A stretch of DNA of 64,000 nucleotides from an uncultured Gemmatimonadales bacterium (GTDB taxonomy: Bacteria; Gemmatimonadota; Gemmatimonadetes; Longimicrobiales; Longimicrobiaceae): positions 7,744,001 to 7,808,000 of the forward strand of contig OY970303.1 of the NCBI GenBank assembly GCA_963716255.1. Direction: 5' to 3'. The stretch's first letter is position 1, and the number at the start of each line of letters is the position of its first letter. A program made the position numbers and the translations under genes. A model generated the notes under the pieces. The model searched no databases and was not told the DNA's origin. It saw nothing but the letters and a program-made list of their open reading frames with translations. This document shows positions 1 to 9,075 of this stretch, in pieces.

Positions 1-82
1 TCGACTCCGTTGGCGAGCGTTGTTTGCTCGCTTACGGAGCCGAAGCCCGACCCCGGCGCCAGCCGGGGGCACGCCCGAACCC
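1..82 (-). repeat. Structured repeat family A, copy 1 (truncated by window edge)
   Basis: Matches the GGGCGTG-proximal part of the ~137-nt repeat; variable stem GGCGAGC/GCTCGCT around GTTGTTT (+ strand). Confidence 0.9.
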
Positions 83-114
83 GTCGTACAGGGCCGGTTC
101 AACCGGATCCGCCC

Positions 115-900
115 TCAGGCCGCCGCCGGGGGCGAATAGAGCGCGAACGGCCCGCCCTGCGAGTCCAGGCACTGCGCCATCCTCCCGCCCCCCGGCACCT
201 CCATGGGGCCGTACTGCACCTCGCCACCCCGCTCGCGGACGCGCCCCACCGCCGCGTCCAGGTCGTCCACGGTGACGTAGTAGAGCCAGTGCGGCGGCCG
301 GCCGGTGGCCCGGGCCGCGTCGAACATGCCGCCCAGCATCGCATCCGCGCCGTCGTCGGGGTGGCGGAAGGTGAGGTAGGGGCCCTCGGGGCCCATGTCC
401 ATGGTGCCCACGTGCTCCCAGCCGAGCAGCGCCGAGTAGAAGCGCCACGCGTCCCGGTGGTCGGTGGTGTGGAGCTCGTGCCAGCCGAAGGTGCCCGGCA
501 CCCCGGCGGGGGGCGGCGTCCCGCCTTCGCGGGGGCGGTACAGGGAGATCGAGGCCCCCTGCGGGTCGGCGACGACGGCGTAGCGGCCCACCTCCGGGAT
601 GTCCGCCGGGGGCGAGACGACGCGCCCACCCAGCTCCGCCGCGCGTTGGGCCGCCGCGTCCACGTCCTCCACGACGACGTGCGCGAACCAGTGCGGCGGG
701 ATGCCGGCCGCCTCCATCTCCGCCGGGAGCTTCACCAGCCCCCCCACCGGCCTGTCCCCCGCGATCCACATCGTGTACGGCTCCGCGCCGCCCCCCCACG
801 CCTGCGTCCCCCAGCCCACGACGTGCGTGTAGAAGTCCCGTGCCTTCTCCACGTCGCGGGTCAGGTGGTCGAACCAGACGAAGCGCCCCGTGCTGCTCAT
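115..900 (-). CDS. VOC (glyoxalase/bleomycin resistance) family protein, two domains
   Basis: MSSTGRFVWFDHLTRD...GRYAVVADPQGA and second WHELHTTD...DSQGGPFAL domain; GGAG RBS upstream of ATG 900. Confidence 0.9.
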   Translation of the reverse strand: MSSTGRFVWFDHLTRDVEKARDFYTHVVGWGTQAWGGGAEPYTMWIAGDRPVGGLVKLPAEMEAAGIPPHWFAHVVVEDVDAAAQRAAELGGRVVSPPADIPEVGRYAVVADPQGASISLYRPREGGTPPPAGVPGTFGWHELHTTDHRDAWRFYSALLGWEHVGTMDMGPEGPYLTFRHPDDGADAMLGGMFDAARATGRPPHWLYYVTVDDLDAAVGRVRERGGEVQYGPMEVPGGGRMAQCLDSQGGPFALYSPPAAA

Positions 901-1040
901 CGCCGCTCCTCCGTGATGCGAGTTCGAAGTCCGAGCCCCGGCGGCCGCGGCCGCCGGAGGTCGAGGAAGCATGTACCGCCGGCACGGCATGGAAGTCAAG
1001 TACGCGCGCTCCACCCACCCGCGGACGCCGGCACCAGCCC

Positions 1041-1176
1041 CGCGTGAGGGATTTCGGCCCGAAGGGGCGAGACCGCGCGGCTGTTTGCGCGGGCTCGACT
1101 CCGTTGGGCTGCGTTGTTTGCAGCCCTACGGAGCCGAAGCCCGACCCCGGCGCCAGCCGGGGGCACGCCCGAACCC
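1041..1176 (-). repeat. Structured repeat family A, copy 2
   Basis: CGCGTGAGGGATTTCGGCCC...GGGGGCACGCCCGAACCC on + strand. Confidence 0.95.
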
Positions 1177-1196
1177 TCCTTCTTTTCTCCAGACGC

Positions 1197-1235
1197 AAAA
1201 AAACGCCGGGGCACCTCTCGCGAGGCACCCCGGCG
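1197..1235 (-). terminator. Intrinsic terminator after pit
   Basis: CGCCGGGG...CCCCGGCG stem followed by T7 on the minus strand. Confidence 0.7.
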
Positions 1236-1259
1236 GCTCCACGTCGAACCTGTAAAAGC

Positions 1260-2297
1260 TCAGGGCGCGATCAGCCGCGACAGCACCATGTACGACAGCG
1301 CCGCCACCAGCGCCGAAGCGGGAATGGTCATCACCCATGCCCACACGATGCGCCCCGCGATCCCCCACCGCACCGCCGACAGCCGCTGCGTGGCGCCCAC
1401 GCCCACGATGGACCCCGTGATGGTGTGCGTGGTGCTCACCGGGATCCCGAACTTGGTCGCGATCAGGATGCTGAGCGCGCCCCCCGTCTCCGCGCAGAAC
1501 CCCCCCACCGGCCGCAGCCGCGTGATCCGCGAGCCCATGGTGTGCACGATGCGCCACCCGCCGAACAGCGTGCCGGCCGAGATGCACGAGTAGGCGGTGA
1601 TCTCCACCCAGAAGGGGATGTGGTCCGCCGTGGGAAGGTAGAAGTGGCGCAGCCACCCCGTCTGCGTGGCGAAGAGCGCCTGCGTGGAGACCAGCAGCCC
1701 CGCGATGATCCCCATGGTCTTCTGCGCGTCGTTGGCCCCGTGCGACAGCGAGAAGAGCGCCGAGCTGGCGAGCTGCGCCCCGCGGAAGAAGCGGTCCACC
1801 CGCCAGCGGGGCACGCGGTGGAAGATCCAGGCGACCGCCACCATCAGCCCGAAGCCCAGCAGCATGCCGATGAGCGGCGACAGGACGATGAAGGTCAGCG
1901 TCTCGATCCACTTGCGGCCCCACTCGATGGCGTCCCACCCGGCCCGGGCCACCGCCGAGCCGGCGTAGCCGCCGATCAGCGCGTGCGACGAGCTGGACGG
2001 CAGCCCGAAGTACCAGGTGATCAGGTTCCAGACGATCGCGCCGAGCAGGCCGCCCAGGATCACCGTGGGGGTGACGATCGCCAGGTTGATCATCCCGGAG
2101 CCGATGGTCTTGGCCACCGCCGTGCCCACCGTGAACAGGGCGAGGAAGTTGAACGACGCGGCCCAGAGCACCGCCGCGAACGGCGACAGCACACGCGTCC
2201 CCACGACCGTGGCGATGGAGTTGGCGGAGTCGTGGAAGCCGTTGATGAAGTCGAACAGGAACGCGATCAGGACGATGACGACGACGTAGGTAAGCAC
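1260..2297 (-). CDS. pit: Inorganic phosphate transporter, PiT family
   Basis: GFHDSANSIAT and HGANDAQK signature motifs, multiple TM segments; GTG start just after the DUF47 stop. Confidence 0.92.
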   Translation of the reverse strand: MLTYVVVIVLIAFLFDFINGFHDSANSIATVVGTRVLSPFAAVLWAASFNFLALFTVGTAVAKTIGSGMINLAIVTPTVILGGLLGAIVWNLITWYFGLPSSSSHALIGGYAGSAVARAGWDAIEWGRKWIETLTFIVLSPLIGMLLGFGLMVAVAWIFHRVPRWRVDRFFRGAQLASSALFSLSHGANDAQKTMGIIAGLLVSTQALFATQTGWLRHFYLPTADHIPFWVEITAYSCISAGTLFGGWRIVHTMGSRITRLRPVGGFCAETGGALSILIATKFGIPVSTTHTITGSIVGVGATQRLSAVRWGIAGRIVWAWVMTIPASALVAALSYMVLSRLIAP

Positions 2298-2299
2298 GG

Positions 2300-2911
2300 T
2301 CAGCTGTTCTTGATGGAGATGCTCTCCAGCACGTTCGCCACGTCGTCGCACTGGTCCAGCGCATCCTCCAGCTTGTCGTACAGGTCCTTCCAGCGGATCA
2401 CGTCCAGCGGGTTGGGCGTGCCCCGGAACAGCTCGCCGATGGCCGCGTGGTAGATGGCGTCGCCCTCCTCCTCCATCAGCTTGATCTCGCGGGCGCGCTC
2501 CTGCACCAGCTTGGGCTTCTTCATCGCGCCCACCGCCACCACCAGGCAGTCCGCCGCGCGCACCAGCACTTCGGTGAGCCTGCGGGCCGGCTCGCGCGTC
2601 TCGGTGAGATGGAACATCTGCGCCCGGCGCGCGGTGCCGTCCAGGAGGTCGATGACGTCGTCCAGCCGCGAGGCCAGGAGGTGGATGTCTTCCCGGTCCA
2701 GCGGGGTCACGAAGCTGCGGTCGATGCGGTCGATCACGTCGTGCGTGAGGTGGTCGGCCTGGTGCTCCAGCTCCTTGATGGCCGCCACGTGCTCGGCGAT
2801 GTGCGCCGGGTCGGCGAACAGCTTCTGCAGGAGGCGGGCGGAGCCGGCGAGCCGCTGCGCCAGCTGGTTGAAGAGGTCGAAGAACTGCTCGTCCTTGGGA
2901 ATGAGGCGCAC
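2300..2911 (-). CDS. DUF47 / PhoU-like Pit accessory protein
   Basis: EHQADHLTH...FVTPLDREDI...EEEGD motifs; directly upstream of pit. Confidence 0.9.
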   Translation of the reverse strand: MRLIPKDEQFFDLFNQLAQRLAGSARLLQKLFADPAHIAEHVAAIKELEHQADHLTHDVIDRIDRSFVTPLDREDIHLLASRLDDVIDLLDGTARRAQMFHLTETREPARRLTEVLVRAADCLVVAVGAMKKPKLVQERAREIKLMEEEGDAIYHAAIGELFRGTPNPLDVIRWKDLYDKLEDALDQCDDVANVLESISIKNS

Positions 2912-3057
2912 CTGGGCTCCTCCGAATAGGTGATTTGTAACGAGGGTGCAACGCGCGGCTACAACCTATGGTGCGCCGCCCGCGGAGGGAAGAACCCCTC
3001 TTCTCCAGCCACGGACCGGCTTTCCGGCGCCCGGGCCGCCGCCCCCGGAGCGCAGGG

Positions 3058-3095
3058 GTTACGAGGAAGTGGACGCCGCGTTACAGAACCGTTAC
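3058..3095 (+). promoter_or_regulatory. Putative PHO-box-like 11-bp-periodic direct repeats upstream of pstS
   Basis: GTTAC at 3058, 3080, 3091 and degenerate GTGGA at 3069. Confidence 0.55.
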
Positions 3096-3155
3096 GGCCG
3101 GCCTCTACGTTTGGGCGTCGTTCAACCACAACTCGCTCACGGGGACATCCTGACG

Positions 3156-4283
3156 ATGAAGCGATTCCGGACCGGAACTCTCGCCCTGGCGCTCGCGTCG
3201 GGGCTGGCGGCGTGCGGCGGCGGGGAAGGCGGGGACGGGGGAAGCGCCACGCCCGGCGGCATGGCGAAGGGCGCGCCCGCCGCGGAGGGCACCGTTTCCC
3301 TCACGGGCGCGGGGGCGACCTTTCCGTATCCCATCTACTCCAAGTGGTTCGACAGCTACGGGCGGGAGAACCCCGTCCGCGTCACCTACGGCTCCATCGG
3401 CTCCGGCGGCGGGATCCGCCAGGTCACCGAGGGGACGGTGGATTTCGGCGCCTCGGACGCGCCCATGAATGACGAGGAGCTCGCCAAGGCGCCCGGGATG
3501 CTGCACGTCCCCACGGTGCTTGGCGCCGTGACGGTGGCGTACAACCTCCCCGGCGTGCAGCAGCCCATCCGCCTGAGCGGCGACGTGCTTTCCGACGTGT
3601 TCCTGGGGCGCATCACCCGGTGGAACGACCCGCGCATCGCGGGGCTCAACCCCGGCCTGGCGCTCCCGGCGCGCGACATCCTGGTGGTGTACCGCACCGA
3701 CGGGAGCGGCACCACCTACGTGTTCACCGACTACCTGTCGGCGGTGAGCGCGGCGTGGAAGCAGCAGGTGGGCGTCGGCAAGTCGGTGAAGTGGCCGACC
3801 GGGCTGGGCGCCAAGGGCAACGAGGGCGTCGCCGGGCAGGTGAAGCAGACCGAGGGCGCCGTGGGCTACGTGGAGCTGGCGTACGCCCGCCAGACCGGCC
3901 TGCAGACGGCGTCGGTGCAGAACCAGGCCGGCCAGTTCGTGCAGCCCTCCGTGGCGGCGACCACCGCCGCCGCCGAGGGGCTCGCCGCCCGGCTGGGGCC
4001 GGGATCCGACTTCCGCGTCTCCATCGTCAACCCGGCGGGGGCGGCGGCGTACCCCATCGCCTCGTGGACGTACCTGCTCGTGCCGCCCCAGATCCAGGAC
4101 TGCGCCAAGGCGCGCGCCCTGGTGGACGTGGTCCGCTGGGGGATGGGCGCGCAGGGCGACACGCAGGCGAGCGAGCTGCACTACGCCCCGCTCCCCGCGG
4201 ACGTCGAGCGGCTGGTGCTGGCCCGGCTGCAGACGGTGACCTGCGGCCCGAACCGCCAGCCGGTCGCGGCGGCGGCGGGCTGA
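3156..4283 (+). CDS. pstS: Phosphate ABC transporter substrate-binding lipoprotein
   Basis: Lipobox LAAC, GAGATFPYP, GSGGG, DFGASD, RTDGSGTT. Confidence 0.95.
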   Translation: MKRFRTGTLALALASGLAACGGGEGGDGGSATPGGMAKGAPAAEGTVSLTGAGATFPYPIYSKWFDSYGRENPVRVTYGSIGSGGGIRQVTEGTVDFGASDAPMNDEELAKAPGMLHVPTVLGAVTVAYNLPGVQQPIRLSGDVLSDVFLGRITRWNDPRIAGLNPGLALPARDILVVYRTDGSGTTYVFTDYLSAVSAAWKQQVGVGKSVKWPTGLGAKGNEGVAGQVKQTEGAVGYVELAYARQTGLQTASVQNQAGQFVQPSVAATTAAAEGLAARLGPGSDFRVSIVNPAGAAAYPIASWTYLLVPPQIQDCAKARALVDVVRWGMGAQGDTQASELHYAPLPADVERLVLARLQTVTCGPNRQPVAAAAG

Positions 4284-4291
4284 GCGTGGCG

Positions 4292-5281
4292 ATGCAGGCC
4301 GTTCCGGAAGAGGCCGGGGCGCTCGCCGGCCCCGCTCCGCGCCGCCCGCTGACGCTGGCGGGCCGGCGCGGCAACCTCGCGGACCGCGTCTACGGGTACG
4401 CGCTGCTGGCGATGGGGTTGGTCATCCCCCTGCTGCTCGCCTTCCTGCTCTTCCGGGTGGGCGCCTCCGCGCTCCCGGCGGTGCGGGAGTTCGGGTGGGC
4501 CTTCCTGACGAGCAGCGAGTGGAACCCGGTGGAGGGCCAGTTCGGGGCCCTGCCGTTCATCTTCGGGACGCTGGCCTCGTCGCTGCTGGCCGTGCTGATC
4601 GCGGTGCCGCTGGCGGTGGGGCTCGCCATCTTCCTCACCGAGCTGGCCCCCCGCTGGGTGGCCGCGCCGGTGGCCTTCGGCACCGAGCTGCTGGCGGCGA
4701 TCCCCAGCGTGGTCTACGGGCTGTGGGGGATCTTCGTGCTGGTGCCGTGGCTGCGCTCCGCCGTGCAGGAGCCGCTGGCGAGCACGCTGGGCGACAGCAT
4801 CCCCCTGTTCCGCGGCCCGGCCTACGGGGTGAGCATCCTTTCGGCGGGGGTGATCCTGGCCATCATGATCGTCCCCTTCATTTCCGCGGTCTCGCGCGAG
4901 GTGCTGGCCGCGGTGCCGCGGGTGCAGCGCGAGGGGGCGCTGGCGCTGGGCGCCACCCGCTGGGAGATGACCTGGCAGGTGGTGCTCCCGTACGCCACGC
5001 CGGGGATCATCGGGGCGACCATCCTGGGGCTGGGGCGCGCCCTGGGCGAGACCATGGCGGTGACCATGGTGATCGGCAACCGGCCGGAGATCGCCACCTC
5101 GCTCTTCGCGCCGGGCTACACCATGGCCAGCGTGCTCGCCAACGAGTTCTCGGAGGCGAGCACCGACCTGTACCTGGCCGCGCTCATGGAGGTGGCGCTG
5201 ATCCTCTTCGGCATCACCGTGGTGGTGAACACCTTCGCGCGGCTGCTGGTGTGGCGCGTGGCGCGCCGGGAGGGGCGGTGA
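4292..5281 (+). CDS. pstC: Phosphate ABC transporter permease
   Basis: FGALPFIFGTL, ELLAAIPSVVYGLWG, GRALGETMAV. Confidence 0.95.
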   Translation: MQAVPEEAGALAGPAPRRPLTLAGRRGNLADRVYGYALLAMGLVIPLLLAFLLFRVGASALPAVREFGWAFLTSSEWNPVEGQFGALPFIFGTLASSLLAVLIAVPLAVGLAIFLTELAPRWVAAPVAFGTELLAAIPSVVYGLWGIFVLVPWLRSAVQEPLASTLGDSIPLFRGPAYGVSILSAGVILAIMIVPFISAVSREVLAAVPRVQREGALALGATRWEMTWQVVLPYATPGIIGATILGLGRALGETMAVTMVIGNRPEIATSLFAPGYTMASVLANEFSEASTDLYLAALMEVALILFGITVVVNTFARLLVWRVARREGR

Positions 5282-6141
5282 GCGGGGCCGCGGCGCACGC
5301 TGGGCGCGACCGGCGCCGGCGCGCCACCAGCGCGCTCATGCTCACCCTCACCGGGGTGGCGGCGCTGCTCACCGTGGTGCCGCTGGTGCTCATCCTCTTC
5401 CACCTGCTGCGGGCGGGGCTCACGTCGGTGAACCCGGCGTTCTTCACACGCCTTCCGGCGCCCGTGGGCGAGACCGGCGGCGGGATGGGCAACGCCGTCC
5501 TGGGCACCGTGTTCCTGGTGGGGCTCGCCGCGGCGCTGGGGCTCCCGGTGGCCATCGGCGCGGGGCTGTTCCTGGCGGAGGCGGAAGGGAGCCGGTTCGC
5601 CGGCGTGGTGCGCTTCCTCACCGACGTGATGAACGGGATCCCCTCCATCGTGGTGGGGATCTTCGTGTGGGCGTGGGTGGTGGTGTCCATGGGACACTTC
5701 TCCGCCCTGGCGGGGGGGATCGCGCTGGCCATCATGCTGCTCCCCATGGTGACGCGCACCACCGAGGAGATGATCCGCCTGGTGCCGCGCGAGCTGCGCG
5801 AGGGCGGGCTGGCGCTGGGCTTCACCCGCTGGCGCACCACCCTGGGGATCGTGCTCCCCGCCGCGCGCAGCGGGATCCTGACCGGCGTCCTGGTCTCCCT
5901 CGCGCGGGTCGCGGGGGAAACCGCGCCGCTGCTGTTCACGGCGTTCGTCAACCCGTACTGGGGGTGGCGGCTGGACGAGCCCATCGCCGCGCTCCCGGTG
6001 CAGATCTTCCAGTACGCGACCTCGCCGTTCGAGGAGTGGCACCGGCTCGCCTGGGCGGCGGCGCTGGTGCTCATCGGCCTGGTGCTCGCCGTCAGCCTCA
6101 CGGCGAGGTTCCTGATCCGCAGTCCCTACAAGGACCGGTAG
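5278..6141 (+). CDS. pstA: Phosphate ABC transporter permease
   Basis: [25 protein letters not shown] overlap with pstC. Confidence 0.95.
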   Translation: MSGAAAHAGRDRRRRATSALMLTLTGVAALLTVVPLVLILFHLLRAGLTSVNPAFFTRLPAPVGETGGGMGNAVLGTVFLVGLAAALGLPVAIGAGLFLAEAEGSRFAGVVRFLTDVMNGIPSIVVGIFVWAWVVVSMGHFSALAGGIALAIMLLPMVTRTTEEMIRLVPRELREGGLALGFTRWRTTLGIVLPAARSGILTGVLVSLARVAGETAPLLFTAFVNPYWGWRLDEPIAALPVQIFQYATSPFEEWHRLAWAAALVLIGLVLAVSLTARFLIRSPYKDR

Positions 6142-6142
6142 C

Positions 6143-7000
6143 ATGCCCGAAACGTCCATCCAGGCGCCCACCATGCCGCAGTCGCACACCCCCGCGCCCC
6201 GCCCCGGGAGGACCCAGCCGCAGGGCGGAGAAACGTCGCCGCCGGTCCCGGCGGTGGAAGCGAGGGACTTCTCCTTCTGGTACGGCGGCGCGCGGGCGCT
6301 GGGCGACATCAGCCTGGTCGTCCCCGAGCGGCGCGTGACCGCGCTGATCGGGCCCTCCGGGTGCGGGAAGAGCACCTTCCTGCGCTCCATCAACCGGATG
6401 AACGACCTGATCCCCGGCACCCGCCACGACGGCGACATCCTCATCCGCGGCGCCCCGGTGTACGACCCCGGGGTGGACGTGGTGCAGCTCCGCAAGCGGG
6501 TGGGGATGGTGTTCCAGAAGAGCAACCCGTTCCCCAAATCCATCTACGACAACGTGGCGTACGGCGCGCGCGTCAACGGCATCGCCCGGGGCCGGCGCGA
6601 GCTGGACGAGATCGTGGAGCGGTCGCTGCGGCAGGCCGCCCTGTGGGACGAGGTCAAGGACCGGCTGGACCGCAGCGCGCTAGGGCTTTCCGGCGGGCAG
6701 CAGCAGCGGCTGTGCATCGCCCGCGCGCTCGCCGTGCAGCCCGACGTGCTGCTCATGGACGAGCCGGCCAGCGCGCTGGACCCCATCGCCACGCAGAAGA
6801 TCGAGGAGCTCATCTACGAGCTCAAGGCCGACTACACCATCGTCATCGTGACCCACAACATGCAGCAGGCGGCCCGCGTCTCCGACCTCACCGCCTTCTT
6901 CTACATCGGCCAGCTGGTGGAGGTGGGCAGGACGAACGACATCTTCACCAACCCCCGCGAGGAGCGCACCGAGGCGTACATCACCGGGAGGTTCGGATGA
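6143..7000 (+). CDS. pstB: Phosphate ABC transporter ATP-binding protein
   Basis: [19 protein letters not shown]-terminal YITGRFG. Confidence 0.97.
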   Translation: MPETSIQAPTMPQSHTPAPRPGRTQPQGGETSPPVPAVEARDFSFWYGGARALGDISLVVPERRVTALIGPSGCGKSTFLRSINRMNDLIPGTRHDGDILIRGAPVYDPGVDVVQLRKRVGMVFQKSNPFPKSIYDNVAYGARVNGIARGRRELDEIVERSLRQAALWDEVKDRLDRSALGLSGGQQQRLCIARALAVQPDVLLMDEPASALDPIATQKIEELIYELKADYTIVIVTHNMQQAARVSDLTAFFYIGQLVEVGRTNDIFTNPREERTEAYITGRFG

Positions 7001-7680
7001 GCCCCGCCCCCGGCGTCCGCCACTTCCACGAGGAGCTGGCCCAGCTCAAGAACCGCCTGCTGGACATGTCGCAGCTGGCGGAGGAGCTGGTGAAGGCCAG
7101 CGTGGAAGCGCTGCTGGAGCGCGACGAGGCAAAGGCGCAGGCGGTGATCCTGGGCGACAAGGAGCTGGACGCGCTGGAGGTGGAGGTGGACGACGCCTGC
7201 ATCCACCTGCTTGCGCTGCAGCAGCCCATGGCGCGCGACCTGCGCCTGATCACCATGTCCATGAAGATCTCCAACGACCTGGAGAGGGTGGGCGACCACG
7301 CCGTCAACATCGCCGAGGCGGTGCCGCACCTGGCCGGCAGCCAGCCCTTCGCGCAGTTCCCCGAGATCGAGGAGATGGCGCGCCTCGCCCGCGGCATGCT
7401 TTCCGACGCGCTGGACGACTTCGTGCGCGGCGACGCCCAGGGCGCCCGCGAAGTGTGCCGGCGCGACGACCGGGTGGACTCGCTGCACGAGTCGCTGTTC
7501 CGGATCCTGCTCACGCACATGATGGAGGACCCGCGCCGCATCGGGCCGAGCATGTCGCTCTTCCTGGTGAGCCGCAACCTGGAGCGCATCGCCGATCTCG
7601 CCACCAACATCGCCGAGGACGTGGTGTTCCTGGTGGAGGGGCGCACCATCAAGCACCACGCCGAGGACGGAGTTCGATAA
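6997..7680 (+). CDS. phoU: Phosphate signalling protein PhoU
   Basis: [37 protein letters not shown]. Confidence 0.95.
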   Translation: MSPAPGVRHFHEELAQLKNRLLDMSQLAEELVKASVEALLERDEAKAQAVILGDKELDALEVEVDDACIHLLALQQPMARDLRLITMSMKISNDLERVGDHAVNIAEAVPHLAGSQPFAQFPEIEEMARLARGMLSDALDDFVRGDAQGAREVCRRDDRVDSLHESLFRILLTHMMEDPRRIGPSMSLFLVSRNLERIADLATNIAEDVVFLVEGRTIKHHAEDGVR

Positions 7681-7694
7681 CGGCTTTTGACGGC

Positions 7695-7834
7695 GGGTTT
7701 GGGCGTGCCCCCGGCTGGCGCCGGGGTCGGGCTTCGGCTCCGTAGGGCTGCAAACAACGCAGCCCAACGGAGTCGAGCCCCGGCGGAAACAGCCCCGCCG
7801 GGTCTCGCCCCTTCGGGCCGGAATCCCTCACGCG
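7695..7834 (+). repeat. Structured repeat family A, copy 3
   Basis: GGGCGTGCCCCCGGC...AATCCCTCACGCG shortly after the phoU stop. Confidence 0.95.
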
Positions 7835-7859
7835 GCATCGCGCTGGCGTCCACAGGGAG

Positions 7860-7973
7860 CCCCACCCGGCTCGCTTGAGGCTCGCCACCCTCCCCCATTT
7901 CTGGGGGAGGGTTTCCCGTACCTGGAGTCGCCGTTCTCCCCTCCCCCTTGCGGGGAGGGGCCGGGGGAGGGGG
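7860..7973. repeat. REP-like palindromes, family C (CCCTCCCCC-N-GGGGGAGGG)
   Basis: CCCCACCCGGCTCGCTTGAGGCTCGCCACCCTCCCCC...GGGGGAGGG; related copies near 9268, 11863, 30416, 33508, 36248, 50476. Confidence 0.8.
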
Positions 7974-8050
7974 TCCGGGGGGCGGGCGCACTCCTTGCGG
8001 CTCAGGCCGGCCGGTCCGCTCCGGCAGCGCCCGGGGCGGGGCCGTCCCGC

Positions 8051-8080
8051 TTGCCGGGGGGGCGGGAAGGGAGGTACAAT
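8051..8080 (+). promoter_or_regulatory. Putative sigma70-type promoter for the SDR gene
   Basis: TTGCCG-N18-TACAAT. Confidence 0.45.
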
Positions 8081-8136
8081 CCCCGCCTGCGCGCCCCGCC
8101 GGCGGCGAACCCTATGGACCGCAACCCCCACCGCCC

Positions 8137-9075
8137 ATGCAGCGTTCCCACGGGTCGTCGCCGCCGGATTCCCAGGGCGGCGAGCCCGCGTCCTCGACCA
8201 CGCCGCCCCCCCTCCGCGAGGTCGTCCAGGACATCGTCATCGCCGACCCGGTGGAGATGCTGCTGGAGGAGGTGGTGGAGGAAACCCAGCCGCAGGGGCT
8301 GATGTACGGCTCGTCCATGCGGGGGCGCGTCGCCATCGTCACCGGGGGCGCCACGGGGATCGGGCGGGCCATCGTGCTGGAGCTGGCGCGGCACGGCGTG
8401 CACGTGGCGTTCAACTACTTCTCGTACGACGACACCGGCGACATGGCCCACGAGGCCGAGCGGACCGCGCGCGAGATCGCGCAGCTGGAGGTCCGCTGCC
8501 ACCACGCCGAGTGCGACGTGCGCGACTCCGCCGCGGTGGGGCGCTTCGTGGACGACGTGCTGGAGCGCATGGGCGGGCTGCACATCCTGGTCAACAACGC
8601 CGGCATCGGGCGCGACGGCGCCCTCTGGCGCCTCACCGACGAGAAGTGGCGCACGGTGCTGGACACCAACCTCACCGGCGCCTTCCACATGATCCGCGCC
8701 GTCGCCCCGCACTTCCGGCGGCACCACGACGGCAAGATCGTCAACGTTTCCTCGGTGCACGGGCTGCGCAGCGAGTTCGGGCTTTCCAACTACTCCGCCT
8801 CCAAGGCCGGAGTGCTGGGGCTGACCCGCTCCGCCGCGCTGGAGCTGGGCCCCAGCAACGTCAACGTCAACGCCGTGGCGCCCGGCTACATCCGCACCAC
8901 GCGCCTCACCAGCGGCGTCCCGGCCGAGATCCTGGACACCGCCCGGGAGCGCGCCGTGCTGGGCCGCCTGGGCGACCCGCAGGACGTGGCGAACGTGGTG
9001 GTGTTCCTGTGCTCCGAGCTGGCGCGCCACATCACCGGCACCGTCGTTCCCGTGGACGGGGGGCACCTGCTTTGA
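8137..9075 (+). CDS. Short-chain dehydrogenase/reductase (FabG-like) with N-terminal extension; start uncertain
   Basis: TGGATGIG, NNAG, YSASK, VDGG. Confidence 0.88.
   Translation: MQRSHGSSPPDSQGGEPASSTTPPPLREVVQDIVIADPVEMLLEEVVEETQPQGLMYGSSMRGRVAIVTGGATGIGRAIVLELARHGVHVAFNYFSYDDTGDMAHEAERTAREIAQLEVRCHHAECDVRDSAAVGRFVDDVLERMGGLHILVNNAGIGRDGALWRLTDEKWRTVLDTNLTGAFHMIRAVAPHFRRHHDGKIVNVSSVHGLRSEFGLSNYSASKAGVLGLTRSAALELGPSNVNVNAVAPGYIRTTRLTSGVPAEILDTARERAVLGRLGDPQDVANVVVFLCSELARHITGTVVPVDGGHLL

Noticed and set aside
7695..7834. Family A as an HDV-like ribozyme or integron attC site
   Set aside because: GGG-TCTCGC-CCC resembles an HDV P3/L3 but I could not place matching P1/P2; no attC-type RYYYAAC...GTTRRRY ends, cassette array or integrase
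7649..8131. Recurring peptides such as RDFGPKGRDP and YGAEARPRRQPG in many ORFs
   Set aside because: Translations of repeat family A, not a protein family
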